Below are positions 46,860 through 57,058 of a stretch of DNA of 59,152 nt, one piece after another. A program made the translations under genes and the position numbers. Source of the stretch: an uncultured virus (IMG/VR IMGVR_UViG_3300029787_005093) (lineage: Duplodnaviria > Heunggongvirae > Uroviricota > Caudoviricetes); IMG/VR virus record IMGVR_UViG_3300029787_005093. One strand, given 5' to 3'. The first letter of the stretch is position 1; the number at the start of each line of letters is the position of its first letter. The notes below the pieces were generated by a model. That model was not told the DNA's origin and ran no database searches. It saw only the letters and a list, made by a program, of their open reading frames with translations.

Positions 46860-48458
46860 TTAGATTTGAGTTAAATCAGAAATAAAGACTTTACCGTAGA
46901 ATTCAGGTCTAATGATTTTCTTAGCATAACGAGTCATTAATCCTTTTCTTGGAGTAAAGGTATCTGGATCGTATACTAGTGGAGTCATTAATAATGGTAC
47001 GTAAGGAGCATAAACAGCACCACACTCAAGGAATTGACTTCCTCTATATCCCATTAACAAGATTTGCTCTGTCATATAAGGATTTTTGTAAACTTGGTAT
47101 CTGTTATTTAAAGCACCTACTTTTTGTACACCCATTGCAAACTGATCCTGGTCACCATTAGTGTTAGCAGCATATCCTGGAATAGATTCTAAGATTGTTG
47201 CAACAGTTGGAGAACACACGATGAAGTTAGCACCACCTCTTAAAGTCTTCTGGTGAATTTTATTAGATACTTTTTGGATTTTAGTTCCTAAAGTTTGGAA
47301 CCATTGTCCTTGAGTATTATAAAAGTCAGAAGTAGAAGTTACAAATGCACTACCGTTCCATACTTTGTTGTTTTCTGCAGACCACTTTTCAGTAGTTTTT
47401 GCATTCAAGATTAACATATCAAGGATTTCTAAATCGATTTCCATTGAGATGTACTCACTTAACAATGAAGTTAATTCAGCTTCAGCGTCAATTGAGTGAT
47501 AAGCATTAAGATCCTGAGCGAACTCTGGTGTCCATTGTGCTTTTAACTTTCTAGTCTTAGCAACAACTGCCTCACTCTGTAATTGAACATCAATTTCAGG
47601 AATAGTGATAGAAGTGTCTACAGCTGCAGAACCAGAAGCTTCGAAATCGCCTCTTGAACTGTCAGATGGAGCTTGACTATATTTTACTGAACCAGCAAAT
47701 GCACCTGTAACAGGTATTGCATGTGAACCAGTAATTACGAAAGTTACATTATTTCCACTTACTGTAGTTAATTCAGGATGTGAAGTAACATCAGTTGATG
47801 CAGATAATAATTTGAATGATCTAACAGCTTCTTTGTCGAAATCTACTGCACTCATATCAACAACATAAGTGTTGAATTGAGAAGGTATTAATTCGTCATT
47901 GTAGCCAATAGATGAAGATGTTGGATTAGATCCAGTATCTTGTGAAGCAACAGTTAAACTGTGCTCGTTAATAGAGTATCCGAATTTTCCAGCGCCGTAT
48001 AGACCTCCAGATGCTTCAGTGTCGATAGCCATCTTAGATGATCCAGCAGTTACGTTACCGTACATGTTGTCTCCGTCACTTCTCAATCCTTTAGCCGTTC
48101 CGTATTTGAAATCTAGATAAAATACTAGACCAGACGGAAGGTTCATAGGTTGAACAGAAACGAAATCTTTAGCAACGATCTGAGAGAATACTTTTCTTAC
48201 TAACGGTAAAGCTACACCGGCCCACTGTTCTCCAGCACCAGCCGTAAAGCCGACACCTCTTCCAGATGTACCTGTTGAGTTTGCTTCAGCAACGATTTGC
48301 TTTGCTTGATTCTCAAGTATCATAGCCATGTTAGCAGAATCTTTTTCTCCTAGACCTTCAAGAAGACCAGATTTACTCCATTTGTCAGCTAATCTTCCTG
48401 CATCAGCTTGTAAGCTTTTGAAAGAATTTGAGCTTTCTAATAGGTTGTTAATTTCCAT
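46860..48458 (-). CDS. gp23: Major capsid protein (T4 gp23-like)
   Basis: LENQ, PLVRK, VSVQPMNLPSGLVFYL, AKTRKLKAQWTPEFAQDLNAYHSIDAEAEL, YAPYVPL, FTPRKGLMTRYA. Confidence 0.95.
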   Translation of the reverse strand: MEINNLLESSNSFKSLQADAGRLADKWSKSGLLEGLGEKDSANMAMILENQAKQIVAEANSTGTSGRGVGFTAGAGEQWAGVALPLVRKVFSQIVAKDFVSVQPMNLPSGLVFYLDFKYGTAKGLRSDGDNMYGNVTAGSSKMAIDTEASGGLYGAGKFGYSINEHSLTVASQDTGSNPTSSSIGYNDELIPSQFNTYVVDMSAVDFDKEAVRSFKLLSASTDVTSHPELTTVSGNNVTFVITGSHAIPVTGAFAGSVKYSQAPSDSSRGDFEASGSAAVDTSITIPEIDVQLQSEAVVAKTRKLKAQWTPEFAQDLNAYHSIDAEAELTSLLSEYISMEIDLEILDMLILNAKTTEKWSAENNKVWNGSAFVTSTSDFYNTQGQWFQTLGTKIQKVSNKIHQKTLRGGANFIVCSPTVATILESIPGYAANTNGDQDQFAMGVQKVGALNNRYQVYKNPYMTEQILLMGYRGSQFLECGAVYAPYVPLLMTPLVYDPDTFTPRKGLMTRYAKKIIRPEFYGKVFISDLTQI

Positions 48459-48487
48459 GGTTAAAAATTATAAAGGTTAAAATTAAA

Positions 48488-49600
48488 TTAAATTATTCCA
48501 GCTAATTTTTGCATTCTACGAACTGCATCATTTGCTTCTGTAATAACTTCTGGTTTTTTAGCTGTTGTACCAGTAGCTTTTGAAGCCATTCCTTTAGACT
48601 CTTTAATAGAGTTAGAAGGTTTAGCTATATTATCAGCAACAGTTTCGTAAACGAGTTTAACTTCTTTTACTGTCTCTGCTTTGTCAAACGCTGCGATAAC
48701 GTTTACTTTTTGCGATTCAGTTAAGTTGTTAGACTTAAAGATTTTGTTGACATAAAGTAATTTAGAATTTAAAGTATTAACTTCTGATAGTTGAGATTTT
48801 AAGTCATTAATAGTTTTTAATGCCTCATTTAATTCATTATCTTCGTTAACTTCTTTTTCTTCCATCTTATCTTTTTTGTCACCTTCAGATACTTCTTCTT
48901 CGTTGACTTCTTCGTTTTTATCTTCGTCTTCCTTTGCAGGAGCTTCTGATAATTCCGCTTCAGCAACTTCTTTAGTACCTTCAAGTTCTCTTAGTAGTTC
49001 CTCAAGGTCGATTTCTTCTTCGTCAGCTGGTCCGTCGATTGCTCCATCAATTGGTGCATCTCCGCCATCTAAGTCAGCGCCCATGTCCTCTTCGTCACCA
49101 CCTACTTCTTGAGAGATAAGGTCTCTGATTACATCTTTAAGATCAGATAAATTCATATCTTTTACTTCGATGTCCTCATCAGCCTCTTCTTCCCCGTCAG
49201 CATCATGATCTTCTGCTTCAGCGTCGTCCTCTGATTCTTCAGAGTCATCCTCAGCTTCTTCCATTGCTTCTTCCTCTTCTCCGTGTGCAGCTTCGTCTTT
49301 TTTCTTATCATGCATTCCTTCGTGTTTATCTTCGTCGTCATGCATTGCTTCTTTCACTTCATCAGTTTCGTTTACTTCCTCAGTTGATTCTTCAACCTTC
49401 TCTTCACTTACTTCTTCTTCGTTTACTACTTCTTCTTCATTTACTTTGGAATCATCCATTTCTTGAAGTTTAGCAGCTAACATATCTTTTAAGTGTGGAG
49501 TTAACGACTCTTCTAAAGCTTCTTTAGCGTTTGCGATAGCAGCTTCACGAACAGATTTAGCTTCAGCAATAGCTTGCTTAAAAAGTTCTTTATTTGCCAT
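48488..49600 (-). CDS. Prohead scaffolding/core protein (gp22-like)
   Basis: Highly acidic, coiled-coil, repeated VNEE, ends RMQKLAGII; immediately upstream of the MCP gene. Confidence 0.8.
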   Translation of the reverse strand: MANKELFKQAIAEAKSVREAAIANAKEALEESLTPHLKDMLAAKLQEMDDSKVNEEEVVNEEEVSEEKVEESTEEVNETDEVKEAMHDDEDKHEGMHDKKKDEAAHGEEEEAMEEAEDDSEESEDDAEAEDHDADGEEEADEDIEVKDMNLSDLKDVIRDLISQEVGGDEEDMGADLDGGDAPIDGAIDGPADEEEIDLEELLRELEGTKEVAEAELSEAPAKEDEDKNEEVNEEEVSEGDKKDKMEEKEVNEDNELNEALKTINDLKSQLSEVNTLNSKLLYVNKIFKSNNLTESQKVNVIAAFDKAETVKEVKLVYETVADNIAKPSNSIKESKGMASKATGTTAKKPEVITEANDAVRRMQKLAGII

Positions 49601-49623
49601 TTTTAAAAAAGTTTTGGGTAATG

Positions 49624-49685
49624 TACGATTATTATAAATCGTAATAGAAATTATATTGTGTTATGATATCGTATAAGGACGATAT
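49624..49685 (-). promoter_or_regulatory. Tandem hairpins in the scaffold-gene leader
   Basis: Plus strand TACGATT-attata-AATCGTA (49624-49643) and ATATCGT-ataagg-ACGATAT (49666-49685). Confidence 0.6.
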
Positions 49686-49692
49686 ATTCTTA

Positions 49693-49700
49693 TATAAATA
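49693..49700 (-). promoter_or_regulatory. Late promoter-like motif TATTTATA
   Basis: Upstream of scaffold/MCP. Confidence 0.7.
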
Positions 49701-49724
49701 TATAGAAATTTAGAAAACAGTAAA

Positions 49725-52019
49725 TTATATTGCTGCTGCTACTTCTGCACCAATATTAGCTATATCTCTACCTTTTAATGCGGCTTTTAGTCCTGATGCT
49801 GCACCTGAAGCTATTTTAGCACCTTTCATTGCTTTGTATGCTCCTACTCCGGCTGCTGTTCCTAATCCTGCTAATATTGCTATAAATAAACCTTTAGCTA
49901 CCATCTGTCTTTTGCCTTCATCTTTTATAAAAGGAGATATAACTCCAGCTAATACACTTACTATATTTTTTTCATTACCATGAGCCCATTTATGAATAGC
50001 ATCTAATTTATCACCGGTTTTCTCTAAACCCATTTTTCTAGCTGCTCTAGCTCCGTATTTACCTAATAAATCTAAAACCGTATTAGAAGCAAGTGCCCAT
50101 CCTAATAATGCTACTGCAGAAAAGGATTCGTTTAACTGTCCATCATCAGCTAATTCTTTATCTACTTCTTTTTTGAATAAATTAGCTAGCTGTTGTTCAT
50201 CGCTTTCTTCTAATTCATTTAAAAAACCTAGTCTTGAATAATCTTCTAAATCAAAATCATCATCTTCAATCTCTCCACCTTTTCCATATATTTTATCGAA
50301 TTCCCAAACTCGCATTGTATAAAAATCTTTTTGTAACTTCAAAGGTCCACCTGGTCTATCTTGTAATTTTTCAGTAGGGAAGTCTGGGTCTTTTAGTCTA
50401 TCAGCTCTTCTTTTAATTTCACGACGTTTATATACTTCATATTTTTTATTAAATTCTTCCGCATCCATAGTATAATAATCGTCAGGCATATTACGGTACG
50501 AAATTGTTTTTGTACTATCTTTTCCTTTAACATCATAGTCACCTAAAAAAGGAAGTACATCTGCCCTTCTAAATCTTTCGGCCTGATCTGGAGAGTAACC
50601 TTTTTGTATAGCTTTCATATCACCTCTTTTATCAGGATAATCTTTACCGTACTCATCTGGATAGAATTCCTCAGTATAGTAATCTGCTGCAAACTGTGCA
50701 AATTCAGTAGATTTAATTTTTCTGGGTTTTCTGTTAGCTTTTTCTTCTTTTCTTGCTTCTTTAGCAAAATAGTTTTCAGCATTTTTAATTATAGCTTGTA
50801 GATCTTTTTCGGGAATTTCAAGAGGTTTATTTTGAACTTTTTTTAATTCCTTTTTAATCTTTGCTTCTACTTCAGCTTGATAAGCATCATCTACAATATT
50901 AAAATCAAACTCACTAAAAGCATAAGATAATGCTTCACCTAATCCTCCTGGCCCCTTTAATTTTTTACCATTTTTATCTCTATCATACCCACAAGTGCCT
51001 TCATTCATATCATAGTCACGAAGTTGTCTTTGTATTTTATACATACGGTCTTCTATTTTATTTAATTCATTACCGTATCTATCAGCAATTGGGCCTCCTT
51101 CTGGTTCAGCTTCCTGCTCCATATCACTAAATAGTTGAGCTCTTCTATCTTTTAAATCAGCTAACATACCTCTTAATGTTAAAGCTTCATCATAATCAAT
51201 TCCTTCCGATAAAGTTAAGTAGTTAAAATCATCTGATACTGCAAATAATTGAACTTTACCATTTTCTAAATCTATTACTTCAATGTCTTCTATGTTAAAA
51301 TTTTTCTTTAAATCATCAGCTATTTTATTCATATTTTGCATTGCAGCTGCTGCACCTAATCTTCTAATTTGGCCCGACATTGTTTCTTTACCTAAGGCTT
51401 TTGTTGCCCCTGCTGGTATAGGATAGTCAATATAAACATTTAAAAAGTTAGGATTATTTTTATCTTTAACATATCTAGGTTTAGATATTTTAATTCGAGA
51501 ATCTTCTTTAACTAATTTATATCCAATATCTAAATAACTTTTAGGATTTGCTTTTTGTCCTTTTTTTCTAAAAGCATAAGGAGTTAAATAAGCACCTGCT
51601 CCCGCTGATGTAGATATTTCATCTACTTCATCTTCGGCAATTCTGGTTATTCTTTTGTATTGGTCGGGATAATCGTTTCTAAGATGAGTTCTAACTTTAT
51701 TTCTTATTTGACGAATTTCATCGTAAAATTCTCTAAACTTTTTATCATCTTTGGTTTTAACATAAGTTCTTTTAGCAGTACTAACTAATTCATCTAATTC
51801 ATCATAAAGTTTATCAAATCCAGGTAATTGTGTTATTGTCCATTGTACTGCACCTGTTTCACTATCAATATTAGTTATAGTAGATTTTGATGTACCATCG
51901 TCACTAAATGATACTTTACCAACTTTTAATGTTTCATACGGAGAGTCAAATTCTTCTTCAGCTTGCTTAGGCGAGCCTTTTTTTGACATTTCATTAAGTT
52001 TATACTTGTAATTTGCCAT
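49725..52019 (-). CDS. Modular head-associated protein (putative internal/ejection polyprotein)
   Basis: 764 aa between portal and scaffold; many (L/I/V/M)xE sites; hydrophobic C-terminal helices. Confidence 0.5.
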   Translation of the reverse strand: MANYKYKLNEMSKKGSPKQAEEEFDSPYETLKVGKVSFSDDGTSKSTITNIDSETGAVQWTITQLPGFDKLYDELDELVSTAKRTYVKTKDDKKFREFYDEIRQIRNKVRTHLRNDYPDQYKRITRIAEDEVDEISTSAGAGAYLTPYAFRKKGQKANPKSYLDIGYKLVKEDSRIKISKPRYVKDKNNPNFLNVYIDYPIPAGATKALGKETMSGQIRRLGAAAAMQNMNKIADDLKKNFNIEDIEVIDLENGKVQLFAVSDDFNYLTLSEGIDYDEALTLRGMLADLKDRRAQLFSDMEQEAEPEGGPIADRYGNELNKIEDRMYKIQRQLRDYDMNEGTCGYDRDKNGKKLKGPGGLGEALSYAFSEFDFNIVDDAYQAEVEAKIKKELKKVQNKPLEIPEKDLQAIIKNAENYFAKEARKEEKANRKPRKIKSTEFAQFAADYYTEEFYPDEYGKDYPDKRGDMKAIQKGYSPDQAERFRRADVLPFLGDYDVKGKDSTKTISYRNMPDDYYTMDAEEFNKKYEVYKRREIKRRADRLKDPDFPTEKLQDRPGGPLKLQKDFYTMRVWEFDKIYGKGGEIEDDDFDLEDYSRLGFLNELEESDEQQLANLFKKEVDKELADDGQLNESFSAVALLGWALASNTVLDLLGKYGARAARKMGLEKTGDKLDAIHKWAHGNEKNIVSVLAGVISPFIKDEGKRQMVAKGLFIAILAGLGTAAGVGAYKAMKGAKIASGAASGLKAALKGRDIANIGAEVAAAI

Positions 52020-52866
52020 TTGCTACTTTAATTTCTTGTATTAATTCATAAAATCGTAACAAATCAACTAAATTATTGTCTCCTACTTTATCAGTTTTTT
52101 TCAATTCAACTAAAAATTTAGAAACCTCGTTAACTTTTATTTGAGTAGCTTTATCCTTTATTATTTTAGATTCTTCATTTAATCTATTTTTTAAATCTTT
52201 TATTTTACTATTATAAAAGTTTCTTAAATCAGGAGTAGAGTCTACTGAGTTAATATATTCTTTAAGTACATCTTTTTGTTCATTACTTAAATCATTATAT
52301 TTGTCATTAAATTTTTCTAGTAAAACTTGATAAGTTAATAATCTAGTATCTTTATCATACTCTGAAAATTCTTCTACTAATGTTTTTTTATTATCTACCT
52401 CTACTTGAGATTTAGATAAATATTCTACTAAATTTACTTTATTTTCTATTAATTGAATAGGATTTGGACTATTATTAGAATTTACTATTTCTACTAGTGT
52501 ATATAAAGAAGCTAATTCTTTATAATTACCAATTTTAGAACCAAAAAATGATTCTAAATCATAGTGCTTTTTAATCTCATTAATTAAATTATATTTTTGT
52601 TTTTTTAAAGAAGATCTATTTAATTTAATAGATGTCTCTAAAATACTATCAATTACTACAGTAGCTTTAGCTTCAGATAATTTTTTGGACTTTAAAATAG
52701 TTTCATATAACTTATATTCTCTACCTAATTCAGTTTTAACAAAATGATTTTTAAGTAAATCAATAGCAGGAGAAGTACCACCTTTAAGTGTATCTGCAGT
52801 AATTTGTCTAACTAGAAGTTCAAAAAGTATACCTGTGTTTTTATACTTGGAATGTTTTATTCTCAT
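52000..52866 (-). CDS. Helical head-module protein of unknown function
   Basis: 288 aa, [26 protein letters not shown] upstream; follows the portal gene. Confidence 0.6.
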   Translation of the reverse strand: MRIKHSKYKNTGILFELLVRQITADTLKGGTSPAIDLLKNHFVKTELGREYKLYETILKSKKLSEAKATVVIDSILETSIKLNRSSLKKQKYNLINEIKKHYDLESFFGSKIGNYKELASLYTLVEIVNSNNSPNPIQLIENKVNLVEYLSKSQVEVDNKKTLVEEFSEYDKDTRLLTYQVLLEKFNDKYNDLSNEQKDVLKEYINSVDSTPDLRNFYNSKIKDLKNRLNEESKIIKDKATQIKVNEVSKFLVELKKTDKVGDNNLVDLLRFYELIQEIKVANGKLQV

Positions 52867-52883
52867 TAAAAAATATATTTATT

Positions 52884-52891
52884 TATAAATA
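52884..52891 (-). promoter_or_regulatory. Late promoter-like motif TATTTATA
   Basis: Upstream of 52866. Confidence 0.7.
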
Positions 52892-52902
52892 TGTTAAAAT
52901 TA

Positions 52903-54789
52903 TTACTCCTTTAATTGGGATTCGTCTAATAATGAGGAGCTATCTTTTTCCTGCTCAAATATTAATTTTTTAGAATCTAATCCTTGAAATAAATGTTTGT
53001 TTTTAAGATAAGTTACTTTAGGACTTTCAAATTCTCTTATACCTGGTCTATCATCAGAGTCATTCTTATCTGTATCTTTCATTCTTTTTACGCCCAATCT
53101 ATCCTTCCCAAAATTATCTTCCTGTTTATTTCTTTTAGTAATAGAATCTTCAGGTCTACCTAATACAGGTTTATCAGTATCATAACCATCTGGTACATTT
53201 CCTGGGTCTGAGTACATTCTGCCTTTTCCATATAATGAAGCTAAATCATGAGGAGTACCATATGATTTACCTGTTTGTAAAGGATCATTACCTTCAGCTT
53301 CTATTTGAGTTCTTCTAAATTTACGTTTAGCATCTTCTCTCATTAATTCTCTATATTCATCATATTGATCTTCACTAAAGTGATAAACATTATGATAAAT
53401 CCAATCTGAAGGTACTAAACCTTGTTCTAACATTTGTCCTGCTAATTCAGTTTTGGATTTAAGTAATTCTACTTTTTCTTGTTCAAAGATAATAGATGGT
53501 GTTTGCATTGATAAATCAAAATTAGTTAATGCTTCATCTCTATATCCTTGAGAATATAAATGTACTAATGCTATTTTATTTAATTCTGATAGTACTATTC
53601 TTTGTATTCTATCTATTGTACGAGCAAATCTAATATCTTCAGCTGCTAATGTAGCTTTACCTTCTGTATTTTCATCGTATCCCAAAAATGCCTTAGGTAT
53701 TTTAAGTGCTGCAAATAGTTTATCTCTTAAATATTCTACATCTTGTATACCATCATAATCCAATCCTTTTGCAGTTTCTATTTTTGTTGTTTGATCATTA
53801 CCTCTAACTGGTATGTAAAAATCTTCTAACAAATTTTGCATATTATATTTTAAATTATACTCTCCTGTTTTATCATCCATTAATGGAGTTCTTTTCATTT
53901 GAGTTATAGTTTTTTGCATAAATGCATCTATTTCATTAGGAGGAATAGATCCAACATTCATATAAAATATTCTTTTTTCTGGTGCTCGAGAAATTCTATG
54001 TATTAACATAGCATCTTCCATTAAAGTATATTGTTTATATAATTTTCTAGCAGGTTCAATATAAGATCTACCATAAGGTAAATAATTAGTATCAGCTAAC
54101 ATTCTGAAATGAGCAACCTCATAATTATCAAAATAAATGCCATTTGCATCCTGTACTTGGTTAGGAGTTTGATACATACCTGTACTATTACTTAATAATC
54201 CATCTGGGGAATATCTAAACCTTACATTAGCTGGGTTTTGTAAGTCAAAACCTTCTTGTCTTTCTATATGATACGCATTATAAGGTATAACGTTATATAC
54301 ACCGAATTTTTCTGCTATTTCTAATTTTAAGAAAAAATCACCATATTTTGACATTTGTCTAATCCACATCCATAAATTAAATTCTATATTTAAAACATCA
54401 TAAAATAAGTTATATAATATTTTTTGTATATCTTCATTAGCACTTCTAATTTGAATTACTTCACCCATATCATTTTTAAGCGTAGCTTCATCTGATATAA
54501 TATCCAAAGCTGAAGCTATAATTGCATCTTGATCCATTACATCATATTCTGAATATAATTGTGGTCTTAGGTATTGATAATTAAAATTAAATTGTGCTCC
54601 ATATAATGAAGTAGGATTGGTTGAGTATATTCTAGAAAATCTATCTACTAATGAATTAGTTTGTAATGATCCATTAGCTTGAATATTACTAGAATCAATT
54701 ACTTTTACTTGATCTCCACCAACGTTTCTAATTATTACATCAGTAGAAAATAGCTTTCTTAACCTTGAAAATAAACCTTTATCAGCCAT
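52903..54789 (-). CDS. gp20: Portal protein (T4 gp20-like)
   Basis: YGRSYIEPARK...LMEDAMLIHRISRAPEKRIFY, EDFYIPVRG, DVEYLRDKLFAALKIPK, EDIRFARTI. Confidence 0.95.
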   Translation of the reverse strand: MADKGLFSRLRKLFSTDVIIRNVGGDQVKVIDSSNIQANGSLQTNSLVDRFSRIYSTNPTSLYGAQFNFNYQYLRPQLYSEYDVMDQDAIIASALDIISDEATLKNDMGEVIQIRSANEDIQKILYNLFYDVLNIEFNLWMWIRQMSKYGDFFLKLEIAEKFGVYNVIPYNAYHIERQEGFDLQNPANVRFRYSPDGLLSNSTGMYQTPNQVQDANGIYFDNYEVAHFRMLADTNYLPYGRSYIEPARKLYKQYTLMEDAMLIHRISRAPEKRIFYMNVGSIPPNEIDAFMQKTITQMKRTPLMDDKTGEYNLKYNMQNLLEDFYIPVRGNDQTTKIETAKGLDYDGIQDVEYLRDKLFAALKIPKAFLGYDENTEGKATLAAEDIRFARTIDRIQRIVLSELNKIALVHLYSQGYRDEALTNFDLSMQTPSIIFEQEKVELLKSKTELAGQMLEQGLVPSDWIYHNVYHFSEDQYDEYRELMREDAKRKFRRTQIEAEGNDPLQTGKSYGTPHDLASLYGKGRMYSDPGNVPDGYDTDKPVLGRPEDSITKRNKQEDNFGKDRLGVKRMKDTDKNDSDDRPGIREFESPKVTYLKNKHLFQGLDSKKLIFEQEKDSSSLLDESQLKE

Positions 54790-54805
54790 ATTATTATTTT
54801 ATTAT

Positions 54806-54813
54806 TATAAATA
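54806..54813 (-). promoter_or_regulatory. Late promoter-like motif TATTTATA
   Basis: Upstream of the portal gene. Confidence 0.7.
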
Positions 54814-56388
54814 TTACTTTAGAAGCCAACTAATGTCTTCTCCGCCCTTATCTGTTTTAATGTGGTAAGGATTATCCACTCCTTTGGAAAATCCATAACC
54901 TCCTTGGTATTGAGTTCTATTTACTTTCATATTACTTAATGCTTGTTTAGTAATATCAATACCTCTTTGTCTAAATTTTAATGCTGTATCTCTTACATAC
55001 ATAGCCATACCAAACGCCATTACTAAATCATCATTGTACCCAGGTTGTGCTTCTGGTCTTCCATTTTTCCAAATAAAAGTTTTCATTTCTTCTAATAAAC
55101 GTTTAGACTGGAATGTTACTCCTTTATCACTTAAATATTCTTGAAACTTACCAATAACCATGGGCCTAGTTCTGGATGACATAGTAAACCCTGGTACCAT
55201 TTTACTTGTATCCATATACTTTTCAAAATATGAATTAGCATTAGGGCTTTCTGTTTTATGTGAATAGTATAAATTAGGATAAGCTCTATCAATACAAACT
55301 TGTAATGTTGCCCACCCTATATTAGCGTTTTCTACAACTAATAAAGCTTCATTATATTCTGTAGCTAAACCCACTAATAAATGTCCATATTCTTTTGTAC
55401 CTATTTGTCCTTTATACTCAGCTACTTGTACATTATTAGCTATATCAATAACATGACATGCAGAAAAATCTCTACCATCGCCACGAGCTACATCAGCCAC
55501 TACAACATAATCCCTAGTATAATCTGGGGATTCCCATACCCATAAATTTTGGTCTGCTCCTCTTTTTTCAAGTGGATCCTTTAAAAAAGTTTTTTCATAA
55601 TATTCAATATATTCAGGATAAAAAACTATATCACCAGAAGTAGAAAAATCACAATCACATTCTTGAGCAGCCATTCTAGGATCACCTAATAATTCATCTT
55701 GTCTTTTTCTCCAAGTTTCATCTCTTTCAGGATGGACAAACCAAGGTAATTTAATAGGTAAAAAATCATTTTCAGCAGCTTCTGCTCTAGTCCAGGTTTG
55801 GTGAAACCAATTACCAGTACCATAAGGAGTACTTAATGCTATACAACCACCTCCTGTTGCTAATGTTTGTTGAGCTGAAGCCCATATTTCGCCTATATTT
55901 TCAATAAAAGCTGCCTCATCTATTAGTAGCAAGGATACTGCTTCAGATCTACCAGCATCACTACTTGCAGATGTTGCTTTAATTTGGGATCCGTTAACTA
56001 AACGCAAATTAAGTTTATTATTTTCAGCCGCATCCACTTTTAACCAAGATGGTAAATTTTCATACATAAATTTAACCTTAGTAACCATATTTTTAGCTGT
56101 TTCTTGCTTTGTAGCGATACAAAGTATATTTTTATCTTTAGCGAATAACATCATCCATAAAGAATGCCCAGCTGATAATGTTGAAAGTCCTAATTGTCTA
56201 GATTTAAGTACAATAGAATAAGGATTATCTCTGAATAATTTTAATACTTTTTCTTGAAATGGATATAAATTAAATTGTATACGTCCTCTTTGAGGGTGTT
56301 GTATATAGCAGTATTTACGCATAAAATGAACTGGGTCTTTAGCACATTTTATATATTCTTGACGTATTACCTTTTTTAAATTAGACAT
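54814..56388 (-). CDS. terL: Terminase large subunit (T4 gp17-like)
   Basis: LYPFQ, Walker A KSRQLGLST, Walker B LLLIDEAAF, STPYG, nuclease DVARG and NDDLVMA. Confidence 0.95.
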   Translation of the reverse strand: MSNLKKVIRQEYIKCAKDPVHFMRKYCYIQHPQRGRIQFNLYPFQEKVLKLFRDNPYSIVLKSRQLGLSTLSAGHSLWMMLFAKDKNILCIATKQETAKNMVTKVKFMYENLPSWLKVDAAENNKLNLRLVNGSQIKATSASSDAGRSEAVSLLLIDEAAFIENIGEIWASAQQTLATGGGCIALSTPYGTGNWFHQTWTRAEAAENDFLPIKLPWFVHPERDETWRKRQDELLGDPRMAAQECDCDFSTSGDIVFYPEYIEYYEKTFLKDPLEKRGADQNLWVWESPDYTRDYVVVADVARGDGRDFSACHVIDIANNVQVAEYKGQIGTKEYGHLLVGLATEYNEALLVVENANIGWATLQVCIDRAYPNLYYSHKTESPNANSYFEKYMDTSKMVPGFTMSSRTRPMVIGKFQEYLSDKGVTFQSKRLLEEMKTFIWKNGRPEAQPGYNDDLVMAFGMAMYVRDTALKFRQRGIDITKQALSNMKVNRTQYQGGYGFSKGVDNPYHIKTDKGGEDISWLLK

Positions 56389-56792
56389 TATTTAATAATT
56401 ATAATAGTGGCTGCTACAGCAATAATACCCACTCCCCCCATTAATTTTGTTTTTAATTTTTGTTTTTTTAAATCTGCTTGTAATTTTTTAGATAATTCCT
56501 GTGCTAATGTTAATTGGTTAGATTTAGTATCTAATATAGTATTAAAATTACTAATTTGTAAATCTAAATTAGTAATAACACTATCTTTTAAAATAACTTT
56601 TTGTTCTAATAAACTTATTTTACTTACGCTAAGTGATAATTCTTCTTTTGCTCCATCACCAGTTATCAGATCCTTGATTACTAGTTTCGCTATCGGCTTT
56701 TCTAATTGAATCGAGGTACTGTCTGTAACGCTCTGTGAAAAACCTTTCAAGCTCATTATCATTAAAAGAATCAACGGCATTAACTTTCTCAT
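56388..56792 (-). CDS. Secreted coiled-coil protein with C-terminal hydrophobic tail (spanin-like partner?)
   Basis: Signal peptide ending GFS/Q, coiled coil, C-terminal LMGGVGIIAVAATIIIIK; overlaps the upstream gene by 137 bp. Confidence 0.5.
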   Translation of the reverse strand: MRKLMPLILLMIMSLKGFSQSVTDSTSIQLEKPIAKLVIKDLITGDGAKEELSLSVSKISLLEQKVILKDSVITNLDLQISNFNTILDTKSNQLTLAQELSKKLQADLKKQKLKTKLMGGVGIIAVAATIIIIK

Positions 56793-57057
56793 TTACTTTC
56801 CATTTTAAATTTCTTATACTATTATTTTTAACATCTATCTGTTGGTCTAATTTAACAATTTGACCATTTAATGTATCGATTTTAAAAGTCAATCCGTCAT
56901 TTATATGGTGTAACGAATCGACTTTTTGTTCTAATGCTTCTATTTTAGCATTATATTCTTCTACATATCTTTCTCTATCAGTATATAGTAACCAAACTAT
57001 AATACAAATAAGAACTAATATTTTTAATATATAAATAACCCTTTCTCTGTAACCCAT
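56656..57057 (-). CDS. i-spanin-like membrane-anchored coiled-coil protein
   Basis: N-terminal TM (VIYILKILVLICIIVWLLY) followed by a long coiled coil. Confidence 0.5.
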   Translation of the reverse strand: MGYRERVIYILKILVLICIIVWLLYTDRERYVEEYNAKIEALEQKVDSLHHINDGLTFKIDTLNGQIVKLDQQIDVKNNSIRNLKWKVNEKVNAVDSFNDNELERFFTERYRQYLDSIRKADSETSNQGSDNW

Positions 57058-57058
57058 G

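Noticed and set aside
46860..56388. Introns or inteins in terminase, portal or MCP
   Set aside because: The ORFs are uninterrupted and of ordinary size; no splicing or homing-endonuclease motifs seen
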